64,000 bases of DNA, from contig JBHGNT010000015.1 of assembly GCA_043228905.1 (NCBI GenBank), positions 17,360,001 through 17,424,000 on the forward strand, given 5' to 3'. This document shows positions 23,699 to 35,680 of the stretch, piece by piece. Under the pieces are notes generated by a model. That model was not told the origin of the DNA and ran no database searches. It saw only the letters and a list, made by a program, of their open reading frames with translations. The position numbers and the translations under genes are program-made. Source of the DNA: Azolla caroliniana (lineage: Eukaryota; Plantae; Polypodiophyta). How positions within the stretch are numbered: the first letter of the stretch is position 1; the number at the start of each line of letters is the position of its first letter.

Positions 23699-25239
23699 TT
23701 CTCTGGCCAATTAAAAGGTATGCATCAATGTCTTTCTCTGTTTATTTCTCTGTTTTTTCCTCTTGTCTCCTAACAATGATGACAACAATCTACAAAGTGA
23801 TCATATAATTTCTTAGAGATTTTTACTATTACTCCCTCCTGGAGAAAACACCTTCGATTACCCCTCCTCAGTAATCAGATCAAGGTATTGTGGTGTAAAG
23901 GAGAGTGGAGGTTACGGCGCCCTGCCGAGACTATTAGTCGAGTCGTTACGGGGTATAGGACTTCCTCATGCTTGTGACCGTTATTCAGATTGCCCCACTT
24001 GGGTGGGATTACGACCATGGAATTAAGAAGGATATGTTGCGGGATCGGCTACAACCGATCCTTAGATACGTCTTTTACACAGACTGAACTTATACGTGTA
24101 TATATATATATAGATATAGATATATATATCAGAATATAGATGAGACAAAACACTAAAGTTACCCACCAAATGTATATATATTCAATTAAAGTGTAGCATA
24201 CAAATACAAGCCAATGGATAATGATAACGTCTATCCAATGAATACAGATCTCATGAAATATTATGACACGAGTTTATTTATACCTAAGGGTGATTTTACA
24301 TTTAACAAGGCTTGTTATGAATTAATGGTTAGTGATATATTAGGCCTCTGTAAAATATCAAAGAGTATTGTTAATGGGAGATGAAGAAATATATTTAAAG
24401 GATTCTCCTAATTTAAGGATACCCTATATTGAACAATGGGGAGAAATAGTGGCAAATGCTTATGTTAAAACTAGTCATCTAGGGCTAAAAGATACATTGT
24501 AGGAAATAAAGAAAGGTTGTTCAATACACACACAATATGATGGGCTATCAAAAGTGTATGTGAAAGCATGCATCGATGCCTACATATGTCAAAAAATACA
24601 AAAAAGGTAACCTTTAGACAGACAACAACATACAAGTAGCGCCCCAAATGAAGAGTTTGTAGTAGAAGAATCCATGTTGAGGGTGGTATTAGATGACACT
24701 CAGGTTATATACTCTACATGCTTAAAGAACTATGTACCAATATCAAATATCTAGAATGTTATGTTTGTCATCTTGGGGGAGAATCAAGAAGGGATATCAA
24801 ATGCATTCGTAGATGTAAGACTACCAAACAATGTGGATGCACTTTTCGTGTGAATGTTAGCAGGTCAATTGAAAGTATATGCCCAACACAATGGCCATGA
24901 TCCAAGTGCACCACATGAGGTATATCATTTAAAGGTATATCCAAATGTCATTAAATGTATTATGGTGATTTTTTTGACGTTGGATGTGTGAGGCACGTAG
25001 CAAGGATAAGCATAAGAAAAGCTACTATCCATAAGGCCAAAGTGACTCCTATTGAGAGAGTTGTGTTTAGGTTCTTCATGCTCACAATGGAGGTTCATAA
25101 CATGGCTAGCAAGTTGAATGTTAAAGTCTTTACAGCTTAAAGTAGGCACCGCAATAGTGGTAGAAAATTTGACGACTTCATTCAATCTATCAGCTTCTGT
25201 AAAAGTGATGAGGACCACTGCCACTTTTCGAAGACAGCT

Positions 25240-25830
25240 CAAGATGGGTCACCCATCTTCCTCATCCTCTCTGTGGACGACATGATTCTCTTCAGTCGGC
25301 ATGCCGGAGAGCTTGCCGATCTCGTTTGGCAATTGCGGTTTAAATTTTCCATGAAGGACTTAGGTTGAGTAAGACACATTCCGGGTATGAAGATCAGTCA
25401 GCTTTGGAATCAACGACAATTATTTTTGTCTCAGAATGACTACATTCGACATGTCTTGGAACGCTTCAACATTCAATTGGCCAAATCTACTTCAACCCCG
25501 CTCCCCATTAGCCTTCGGCTGTCTCATCGAGATTGTCTGAAATCCGGTCCAGAGGGGAAAATCACGAAGTCAATACCTTTCACACCGGCAGTCGGCTCCT
25601 TAATGTACGTGATGGTCACGACACGGTCGGACTTAGCTCATGTCGTAGGAGTCGTCAGTATATTTATACGCAACCCTGGACAATCACATTGGAACACGGT
25701 TAAGCATGTGTTCAGATATCTAGTGGGCACACAAGACTACGACGTCCTCTTCGAACCAAACAAAACCTCAGGCGTTGTCGGCTACACCAACTCGAACTTT
25801 GCCGATTGCTTGGAGTCAGTCATGTTGTAG
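25240..25830 (+). pseudogene. Copia RT fragment
   Basis: LSVDDM..MKDLG..LFLSQ..AVGSLMYVMVTTRSDLAHVVGVVS. Confidence 0.8.
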
Positions 25831-28800
25831 TTTCGAATCCTGCGATTCAGCTATGTTTATTGTGTCCTCTAGATTGATCATCAGTTATTGTACTTGCATC
25901 CACACCCGATTTTCATGTTTCCTCGGTTGATCATCTATGACAACTCACTGAGAGTCGTTTGGGACCCGGCTTTAGCTAGCATACCAATGGAGACCAGACT
26001 CCTCTTCAGCACGGGTACATATTGGACTCGATGCAAGGTGATGATATTGCCATTCGGCAACTGAATGGGAACTTCGTCGATCCCTGTGATTAAACACTCA
26101 TGCCCGTTGCCTAGTCGGATTGTGTCACTGGATCCGACTGAATAGTCTGAAGACCATTCGATGGTGGGAGTCACATAAAATGTGGCACCGGAGTCCAGCA
26201 ACCACGTTCACGCTATATATAGGACTTCACTAGTCGACGACTCCCCTAGGGAGAGGATTTCTCTAGACCGAGATTCGGCAACATTGACTTGGTTGAAGGT
26301 AGGAGAATTGTTCGAATCAAATTGTCCTTGTGTTCGATCGAATCTTTGACCATTCTCCTTTCTTTTCATAGACTAGTAGTCGGAAACGTTGTAATTGGTC
26401 TTTTTGCAATGTGTGTAGAAGATACTTGATCAACTATTCCTCGACTTCGACCATTATCAGTCTTCCCTCCTTCTCGGTCAACTAGTGTTTCGACTAGCTC
26501 TTTTGGCTTATTCTCTCGATCAGCTGGTTCGTTCGATCAACTCGGTCGAGTAGTGGGCTTCTGCCGATTCATCGATAGTGAAACCCATTGATTTTTGCCA
26601 AATGTCCTCAGTGAGGACTTGGCTTGGCCAATCGTTTTTTCCAAAGCTAACTTTGGACAATTGTTGGCGAATGTCGTGCAAAATACCTCCCAACTCACCG
26701 TCAAGCTCAAAAGAAGGGCAAGGGCTTTAACTTCTTCTTCAAAATTAATCCTTTAGGAGGAGATTTCGGACAACACACAATTGAAGGTGTTGATGTGGGA
26801 GGTCGCTGAATCCGTCTCTCATCTTCATATTGAAGAACTGTCTTATCAATGAGCTTTGATGAAGACGATTTCTTTTTGTAAATGGCTTGGAGCTTCTCCC
26901 ACAAGGAAAATGTCGACGTCTCTTTGGCCATGCTAAAGTTGTCAGGAATAGTACTAAACAGAGAGAGAATTAGTACTAGAGAAGAGAAGTACTATTAGTA
27001 CTAAGAGGACGGGATTGCGTAAGATTCCCGAGAGAGGAAGTGAGAAGAGGAGAGAGAAAGAGATAGCGAGAATGAGAGAGAGAGAAAGATGATGACAACA
27101 TCTAATATATTATGTGAAAGATAAGTAAAAAGTGGCTAAGAGGCTTAAGACTGGCGTTGAACCAATTTGGTTCAACATAATGCCTAGTGCCTTCTTTTAT
27201 AGTGTTCTCAGGAGTAATCCTGAAACTTCTAGAATGTTCCAGAGAAATCTGGAATATACATTACTTTCTTATAATAAAGCATAAATGAAAATAATATCCT
27301 ATGAATTACAATAGATGGTGTGATGGTTAAGAGCTCGACCCATATACCATAAGGTCATGGGTTCGAGTCTTGCCATATCATGACACTATCCCCCCCTTAA
27401 GACGACAAGTGGAACGAGTCGATGTTGATTGAGGACCGGGTTTGTCGGGATACTGTCGGTGAAAATCAGCAAGAAGATCCTGAGCATTGGCGACATACTC
27501 AATGGGAAAGTTTGTTGCGAACAAATTTGGAGTCGAGGATGGCAGCAACTTCATACTCCGGGCCGGCGTCAAACTCAAGCGGGGGCGGCGGTGATGTAAT
27601 ACGATCGGGAATAGTGTTTGCTTTATAAGGTTCCAGAAGAGAACAATGGAAGACTAGATGTATCCGAAGATGCAGAGGAAGATCAAGGCGAAACGTGACA
27701 TCATTAACCTTACCGGTAATACGGAAAGGACCGAGTCGTCGATAATCCAACTTATCGCACGGTCGAGTAGTCTTGATGTGACGACGTAAGAGCCATACTT
27801 GATCTCCGATGGCAAAAGAGGAGGGAAGCCGATGACGATCCGTGTAAGTCTTCTGTGTCTGTTGAGCATGACGAAGATGAATCGAGAGATCTGTCTGGAT
27901 CTTGCGTAGTCTCTCCAAATGATCCCCGGCACGAGGATTGGTAGGTAGCTTCGGGGTGTCGATCACCGACTAGCGAGGATGAGAACCGATATAAGCGTAG
28001 AATGGGGAGACTCGAGTCGAGGAGTGAACAGCATTATTATACGCAAACTCCGCAAAGTGGAGAATCTCAGCCCAATCGTCCTGTTGATAACTCAGGAAAC
28101 ACCGGAGATATTGCTCCAGCATTTGGTTTGTTCGTTCCGCCTGCCCATCGGTCTGAGGATGGTAGTCGGAGGAGAGGTTGCAAGAGACCTTGAGCATCTT
28201 GAAGAGATGCTGCCAAAATTTGGAGACAAATTGCGGTCCTCGGTCACTGATGATACTGTCTAGGAGGCCATGATGCCGAAATACCTCACGCATGACAAGG
28301 GCGGCGGTTTCCTCGCTAGTGATGGCCTTAGTACACAGCACAAAATGTGTCATCTTCGTATATCGATCGACGACGGTTAAGATAGCATCAAACCCCTTCG
28401 AGACTGGCAGATATGTGATAAAATCAAGACAAATAGACTGCCACGGCTTACTTGGAATCGGTAAGGGTTCCAACAAGCCATATGGATGGTGTCATGGCAT
28501 CTTTGCTTGGCAGCAAGCATCACAGGTCCGAACGTAGTCGTCAACAAAATGGCGCATGTGGGGCCACCAAAAAGATCGTTGCACTAGCTCCAACGTCTTA
28601 GTACTATCGAAATGTCCCGCCGTATGGGTGTCATGACAATTCTGGATGATTTGAAGGCGACAGGAGCAATCGGGGACATATACGCGCTTTTTAAAGAAAC
28701 AAACCATCATGATATTCGAATTGTCGGTAGTCAATACCTGGTTGTTGAGACTTAGAACAGGATGCCCGAGAAGTATCAATGTGTGCCAGGATGTCTTGAG

Positions 28801-31800
28801 CAAAACTATCCATCTTCAAGTTTGCACGTATGTCATTGGTAATCCGTGAATCCATCGGGGTGTGAAAAAACCGCGTCGTGTGCAATCGTGTTGGTCCCAA
28901 GATTACTTGCTTTTGATTATCAAATGTTGGATCATGAGGACGAGGTGCAAGGTATGAACGCCATGATAGTGCATCTGCTTTTCCTTGTTGCTTCCCCGGT
29001 CGATATGTGATTTTGAAGTCGAAACGCGTGAGGAATTGCGCCCACCGAGCTTGTTGTCGATTTAGTACGTGAGCGTTCTAGAAATAAGCAAGATTTTTAT
29101 GATCACTAAAGACAATGACCTGATGTGGAGAGCCCTCTAAGAAATGCCGCCATTGCACAAATGAATCCACGATGGCTAATAACTCCTTATCATGTATTTC
29201 GTAGTTGATTTCCACGACATCGAATTTGCGCGAATGGAAAGCCACATGATGTAACTCTTCTTTATCTCCTTGTTGAGACAGGATGCTACCGAGGGCGAAA
29301 TCTGATGCGTCAGACTCCATGATGAATGGTTTGCTTGTATCCACGTGAGCTAGAATCGGTGCTGATGTAAAGGCTTTCTTAAGATGCCGAAAAGCCATAT
29401 CTACTTCATTGGACCAAAGAAATGCTTGTCCCTTCTTCGTAAGTTGTGTGAGAGGTAAAATAATCTTCGAGTAATCCTGTATAAACTTACGGTAGAAGTT
29501 AGCAAAAACTAGAAAACATTGTACATCTCGTACCGACCGTGAAATTTGCCACTCTAGTACAATTTGGACTTTAGTTGGATCCATGGCGATGCCCTTTGAG
29601 GAGATGACGTAGCCTAGAAATTCCACTTGCTTGCAGTCAAAGCTACATTTTTCTAGCTTGGCATAAAGACCATTCTCGCGGAGTCGCTTTAGTACTAATA
29701 GTACATGAGAATCGTGCTCTTCCTAGGTCTTCGAATAAATCAATAGATCATCCAGATAGATGATCAAACAGATATCCAAGAGGTCTCTGAATATATCATT
29801 TGCCATGTCTTGGAAGACTACGGGTGCATTGGTTAGGTCAAACGGCATAACAGTATACTTGAAATGCCCATACTGCGTGCGAAAGGCGGTCTTCCATTCA
29901 TCTCCCGGTTGGATCCGCACGAGGTTATACGCTCCTCGTAGAGCGATTTTGGTAAAAAACTTGGCACCATTAACTCGCCCTAAAAGACTTGATATAAGAG
30001 GAAGTGCATACCTATTCCAGATGGTGACCTTATTCAATCCGCGGTAATCAACGACGAGACGAAGTGAGCCATATTTCTTCTTGACAAAGAAGATGGGTGC
30101 ACCGGCCAGAGATTTCGAATGACGGATTAACCCACTTGCCAAGTTCTCCTCTATGTAGGTTCGAAGGACTTCTAACTCAATGGGTGACAAGTTGTAAATT
30201 GGTCCCCATGGTGGCTCGGTTCCTGGTTGTAAATCGATGGGACAGTCATAGGGACGGTGATGAGGAAGGGTACCAGCTTTTACCTTGTCAAATACATCGG
30301 CATAAGGATGATATTTTGCTGGAAGTTGTACTGAGGAGTCCTTAATAGTGCTGGACGGATGTACTGATATTGCAAATAGGAACATTGCCTCCTTGTGTCC
30401 TTCTTCGCGTAATTGATGGAGTGAAATGGTCGAAACTCGGTGAGTAGATTCTTGGGGTGGTCAATATCGAACTTCTCTTGTTCTCCAATCTATGGTTGGA
30501 TTATGTAATTCAAACCAAGGTAATCCTAGGACAATGGGATGCTCTAGACTACTAATTATATTAAATGATACTACACACACAAAACTACCTGGGACAACTT
30601 GAATGGGTTCTGATTCTTCTACAATATTCCCGGAAGCAATGGGATGACCATCAATGACTACTACAGATGCGGGACAAGGAAGTTTTCTTAAGGATATCTG
30701 AGAAGCTTGGGCAAAATTTCGATCCATGAAACAGGAATTAGCTCCGGAATCTAAAAGTGTTAGGACGGGTACTGGGGGAGTACTTTTAGTACTAACAATG
30801 ACTTGGGCTAGGAACACATTGCTAACTTGCTTGGGAGGAATGGAACCACTAATGGGTTGTACAGATCTAGGGTTGTTGTCCAACCAAACGGCTCCTATTT
30901 TGGCTAGACTCAATCGTTTAACTCTTCATCTAATTGACTAAGGATTTCAAATTTGTTTGAGATACTTGGGCTATTAGTACTATGAATACTATCTGACACT
31001 CTATTAGTACTATTAATACTATCAGACACTCCGAAGGGAAGAATTGACTCGGGTTAGGTACATGCGACGATTTGATTTACCTGTCTTCTTGGCCTATGGG
31101 GACAATTGATGGCGATATGCCCTGGTCCACCGCAATAAAGACATAATCGATTGGCACGTCGTCGTTGCTTTTCTTCTTCCGATAACGGGCCGCGTCGACG
31201 CATGGTGTCGATCTCGATCGATGTCGAAATATTGGCTTGAGGTACATCGCGTGCAAATGGTTTAGCCGTGACTGAGGCGTATGTGGGTTCCGGCTGAGAG
31301 TGTGGTATTTGTAACTGACGTTCCGAACGCCGTTCGAAAAGGCAGTTGTCGCATCGGACCGCTCGACCGATTGCCTCCGTAAGAGACTTTGGTTCTTCGG
31401 GGAAGGTTAAAAGCAAGTCTTTGACATCGTTGCGCAAGCCGTAGCGAAACTGCTCCATGAGGGCCTAATCATCCTAGGGATATTTGAGGCGAGTAGATGA
31501 AAATCCGCCGTGTAGGCAGAGGCTGGACGATCACCTTGATGCAATCTTCGAATCTTGTTGATTGTCGTCCTGATGATGTCGGTATCTCCAAAGCAGGCTT
31601 TAAACTCACCAATAAAATCTTCAAAGTTATTAAGCAAGGGCGATTGTTTTTCTAGAAGCGGAGCGAACCATGCCAAGGCTAAGCCGCTAAGTAACGTGCC
31701 TATTAGGCCGACTCAAGATGCATCACTGGGATATCGAGAAGGATGCATCTGGATGACTAAGCGTACCTGATTAAGGAATCCCCGGAATTGCAATCGCGTT

Positions 31801-33871
31801 CCATCAAATTTCACAAGTCCAATCTTGGGCTCTTTATGAAATCCTTGGGGACTTGATCCTTGTTGTTGTAACGCTACTTCGAATTGTTGTACCCATAACG
31901 CTAACTCCCCACGTTGTTGTTGCGTTTGTTGTTTTTCTAGAGCGATTTGTTGCAGATCCCCTATCAACCGTTGGTTTTCTTGTTCCAGGGCAACAAACTT
32001 TTCTTTTAGACACTGTAGCTCAGAGAAAACGGTGCCGTGAATTACGAAAGCTTCACATTAAAAGTCTACAATAAGATAAATACATAACTAAAATAACATT
32101 TGATAATGTTTTATATATAAAGATAATATTAACAACACATATGATAAATTTATATATATATAAAGAAAAATAATATATATATATATAAATAAATATATTA
32201 TATTACACGAACAAGAGAGGACTTCAACCAATAACCCCACCCTATGACACTCAAATCTTACCATTTACTCTATACTAGTAATATACATAAAATAAAGCAT
32301 ACTTTATATTACATAAAGGATTTGCTTCATGATATAAAAATAAAGTTGTATGTTGTATTCAATAGTATTTTGAGACTTGAACCCACAACCTCATACACCA
32401 AAGTCAACACACCTACCATTAGGCTAGGTCCTTTCTCTTTAAGATTATATTTTCATGTTTATTTTTATTGCATATATTGTTTCATACATAAAAGCTCAAA
32501 TGAGCGAGATGTTTATCATGCATCACATGCATGACTTGTACCCTCCAATGCATCATATGCATGGGGGCACCTATTTAAATGGTGAAAGAGAATATCAAAG
32601 GAAGAAGTATGAGATATCAAGCAAATTATGTATTACATAAGAGATACCATAAAAATAGAGAAAGAAGGGAAGAAGTTGAACATAAACATGGAGCTCTAGC
32701 TTGGAGGTCGTGGTGGTCAACTCTCAACAAGAGGGAGGCGGTTCGAGCCTTATCTTCATCAAAATATTGAAGTGAAGATTGTAGTGGTCTACGATCAAGA
32801 AAGAGAAGAGCGATTACCTTGCAAGACAAAGTTAGGAGGTTCAACGACGTGCACAATCATTTTGTAACTCTTTCATGAAAATGATTATAAATTTCATACA
32901 CTTTCTCATATATTATTTTATATCTTATCTTGTCTTATCTTATATTCCTTAAAAATCCTATTTTGTCATATCTTATTGATCTGTATTCACTCCATCTCTA
33001 CTCTTTCATCTCTTCCGTCCATAATCCCAGTGATTCCTTCCTCACTTTCACGTTATCCTTTGTGTGCGCAACGCTACGCTTCTAGGCGAGCCACGTTGTC
33101 GTGCCTTTCGGCTCCGGATCGTTGCGTGAGTCGGGTGGGAACCGCCGAGGTTTTGGACTAGGAGAAAGAAGAATATGAGATGAGGCTAGTAATGAATAGA
33201 TTATTAGAAAGAGAGATAGAAATTTCGTGAATCCCACGAGTGTATTTTATTCGATTAATCAATATTTAGATAAGAATATGTATTTAGATTGAAAGAAAGA
33301 TATAAGAAACTTGTGAATCCCACAAGTATAGATTATATTATTTTCGTGAATCCCACGATTATATTAATCGGTTGGTGTTTTCGGAAATATATCCAATTTC
33401 CAAATATTTCACACACCTATTACATTGTGCTCCCCATCCTTATGTAGTGATGGGAGAGACTAAGCATAACTACATGCTTTTTCTAATATGTTCATGCACA
33501 CTAAATATGCATGTGATGCTTTTCTAATCCTTGCTTTTATTTGCTAAATATAGTGCTCATGCACGCTAGATGTGCATGAGTCACTTTTTAGTTGCTTGCG
33601 TTTTTCTATAAAATATTCACGCACTCTAAAAATGCACGATTTACCTTTTAATAAAGGTAGGCGCAAATAAAGCACTTATAGTTATTAAATCTATTTATAG
33701 AACACTAAAGATAAGGTAGCATAATGGTAAAGTTGAGGTTTGGCTACGTGGAGGTACAAGGTTCAAATCTTGCCCTATGCACGTGATAAATATCTTGATA
33801 TTTTTATTTTATTTATTGGTGATAAATATCTTGATATTCTTATTTTATTTATTTATATGTAATTAAATCGG

Positions 33872-35680
33872 TTATATTATTTTTACTTTTTCACGTAGTG
33901 TACGAAATACACTACGACACTCGCCCCCTCCGAACCCGCACATCCTCCGGTATGTGCCGAAGTTGCCGATGCTCGTTGTCTCCCCTTCATCCTCCGTTTG
34001 TCCCGCTATGTCAACTTTGTCTCTCCATTTTGAGTAGACCCATTCTTTCCACCCGAACCATTGTCGCCATCCGATCCACCATATTCTTTGTTCATTCTTT
34101 GCATTGCCATGAGTGGTTGTCATGGTCCCTTGTGGTACTCTTGAGCATCTCGGTGTGTTGTCTCTCTCCACTCCGCGCTTGTCTTCCGTAGGTTCTACCC
34201 ACGCGTCGATGTCGACCTCCGAATACGCGCTCGCTGTTAGGTCCTTGTGCGGCTTTAATGCATGCTTTATTTCTCGATGTTGCGCATGCGTCGTATTAGG
34301 CCGTAGCGCATGCTTCGTATTCCATCGTAGTGCATGCGCCGTATTACCCCGTAGTGCATACTTATTTTTGCACCGTAGCGCGTGCTTCTTTTTGCGCCGT
34401 AGCGTGTGCTTCTCTTTACGCCGTAGCACGTGCTTCTTTTGGTGCCGTAGTGCGTGCTCCGTATTACATGCTTCTCCCATCGTAGACCCGACCTTCGCGT
34501 TGTCATGCTTTTGTTTACATCGGAATTTCAGACGGATCATCTTCCATCCGAACCGGCTTCCGACTTTACCTTCCTTGTTGCCACCTCCCGTCTCTCCGGT
34601 CTCACGTTGGTTCTCGGACACAACCGCCGAAGTCTCTAGAATTAGTGGGTAGGAATCCTCGGTATTATCATCTTCCGTTGTTTCACCCATAGCCATGTTC
34701 TCCTTGGCTATCTCTCCTTCGTATGCATCGGCTTCGACCTTCGTTTCGTTGCCGCCACTTTCCTTATCTTCGGTGTTATGTCGACACCCGGGCTCCAGTA
34801 CCGAAGTCTCCGAAACAATGGTGAAGGAATCCCTTCGTTCGTGCTCATTTACTTTGTCTTCCTCGTTGCCCTTCCGGTCCTCCACTTTTCCACCGACACA
34901 TTCCGTCTCTCCGGTCTCACGTTGGTGCACGGGCACAGCCGCCGAAGTCTCTGGAACCGGTGTGGGGATACCCTTTCGTCCTCGATCTTCCTCCTCCTCG
35001 TCCTTTGTTGGCCTCGACTTTGGTTCGGTTTTAAGCTCCCCTTCAATGTCGACTTGCGACTTTTCATGCATCTCCGAACCCTTCCGCATCAAGCTCTCCT
35101 TCGGTGGTAGTCGGTGGCCGCTTTTCACCCACTGTTGACCGCCGTTCGTGGACCATGTCCTCGTCCGCTTCGGTCTTAGATAGTCATATGTGTCTCGTAT
35201 AGCTTCTTCAAAGGACTCCCACATCGGGCTTTGTTGTCGTATCTCGTGGATTCTCTCTTGAAGCTCATCCGTAGCCACCCGGTTGAAAGATAACACTTGC
35301 AATCTTTCTGAGATACCATATCGCAACATCTCCATTTTGTAGTCACGTAGATAGCGTGACACGTCCTTTCCATCGAATTGCCCGTTCTGTTGCACGAGCC
35401 GTTGTACTACTGTCGTGATCTCCGACATCTCGCGTTGTTCTTGTAGCATTCTCTCGAACATCATCATCATCATGTTCATCGCCTCTTGTTGATTCTCCAT
35501 CTCCTTGCCACCCGCCTTCACGTCGGGTTCACCAACTTGTGTCGTGCCTTTCGGCTCCGGATCGTTGCGTGAGTCGGGTGGGAACCGCCGAGGTTTTGGA
35601 CTAGGAGAAAGAAGAATATGAGATGAGGCTAGTAATGAATAGATTATTAGAAAGAGAGATAGAAATTTCGTGAATCCCAC
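33872..35680 (-). CDS. Gag-like protein with acidic and basic repeat extension (602 aa open frame; likely start at MENQQ near 35500)
   Basis: FDGKDVSRYLRDY..EM..WESFEEAI capsid-like segment; uninterrupted frame; 8-aa HALR repeats. Confidence 0.72.
   Translation of the reverse strand: MGFTKFLSLFLIIYSLLASSHILLSPSPKPRRFPPDSRNDPEPKGTTQVGEPDVKAGGKEMENQQEAMNMMMMMFERMLQEQREMSEITTVVQRLVQQNGQFDGKDVSRYLRDYKMEMLRYGISERLQVLSFNRVATDELQERIHEIRQQSPMWESFEEAIRDTYDYLRPKRTRTWSTNGGQQWVKSGHRLPPKESLMRKGSEMHEKSQVDIEGELKTEPKSRPTKDEEEEDRGRKGIPTPVPETSAAVPVHQRETGETECVGGKVEDRKGNEEDKVNEHERRDSFTIVSETSVLEPGCRHNTEDKESGGNETKVEADAYEGEIAKENMAMGETTEDDNTEDSYPLILETSAVVSENQRETGETGGGNKEGKVGSRFGWKMIRLKFRCKQKHDNAKVGSTMGEACNTEHALRHQKKHVLRRKEKHTLRRKKKHALRCKNKYALRGNTAHALRWNTKHALRPNTTHAQHREIKHALKPHKDLTASAYSEVDIDAWVEPTEDKRGVERDNTPRCSRVPQGTMTTTHGNAKNEQRIWWIGWRQWFGWKEWVYSKWRDKVDIAGQTEDEGETTSIGNFGTYRRMCGFGGGECRSVFRTLREKVKII
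35517..35534 (-). promoter_or_regulatory. Primer-binding site complementary to the tRNA-Trp 3' end
   Basis: Plus strand reads TTCACGTCGGGTTCACCA, matching the recalled 3' end of plant tRNA-Trp(CCA); five bases from the LTR. Confidence 0.85.
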
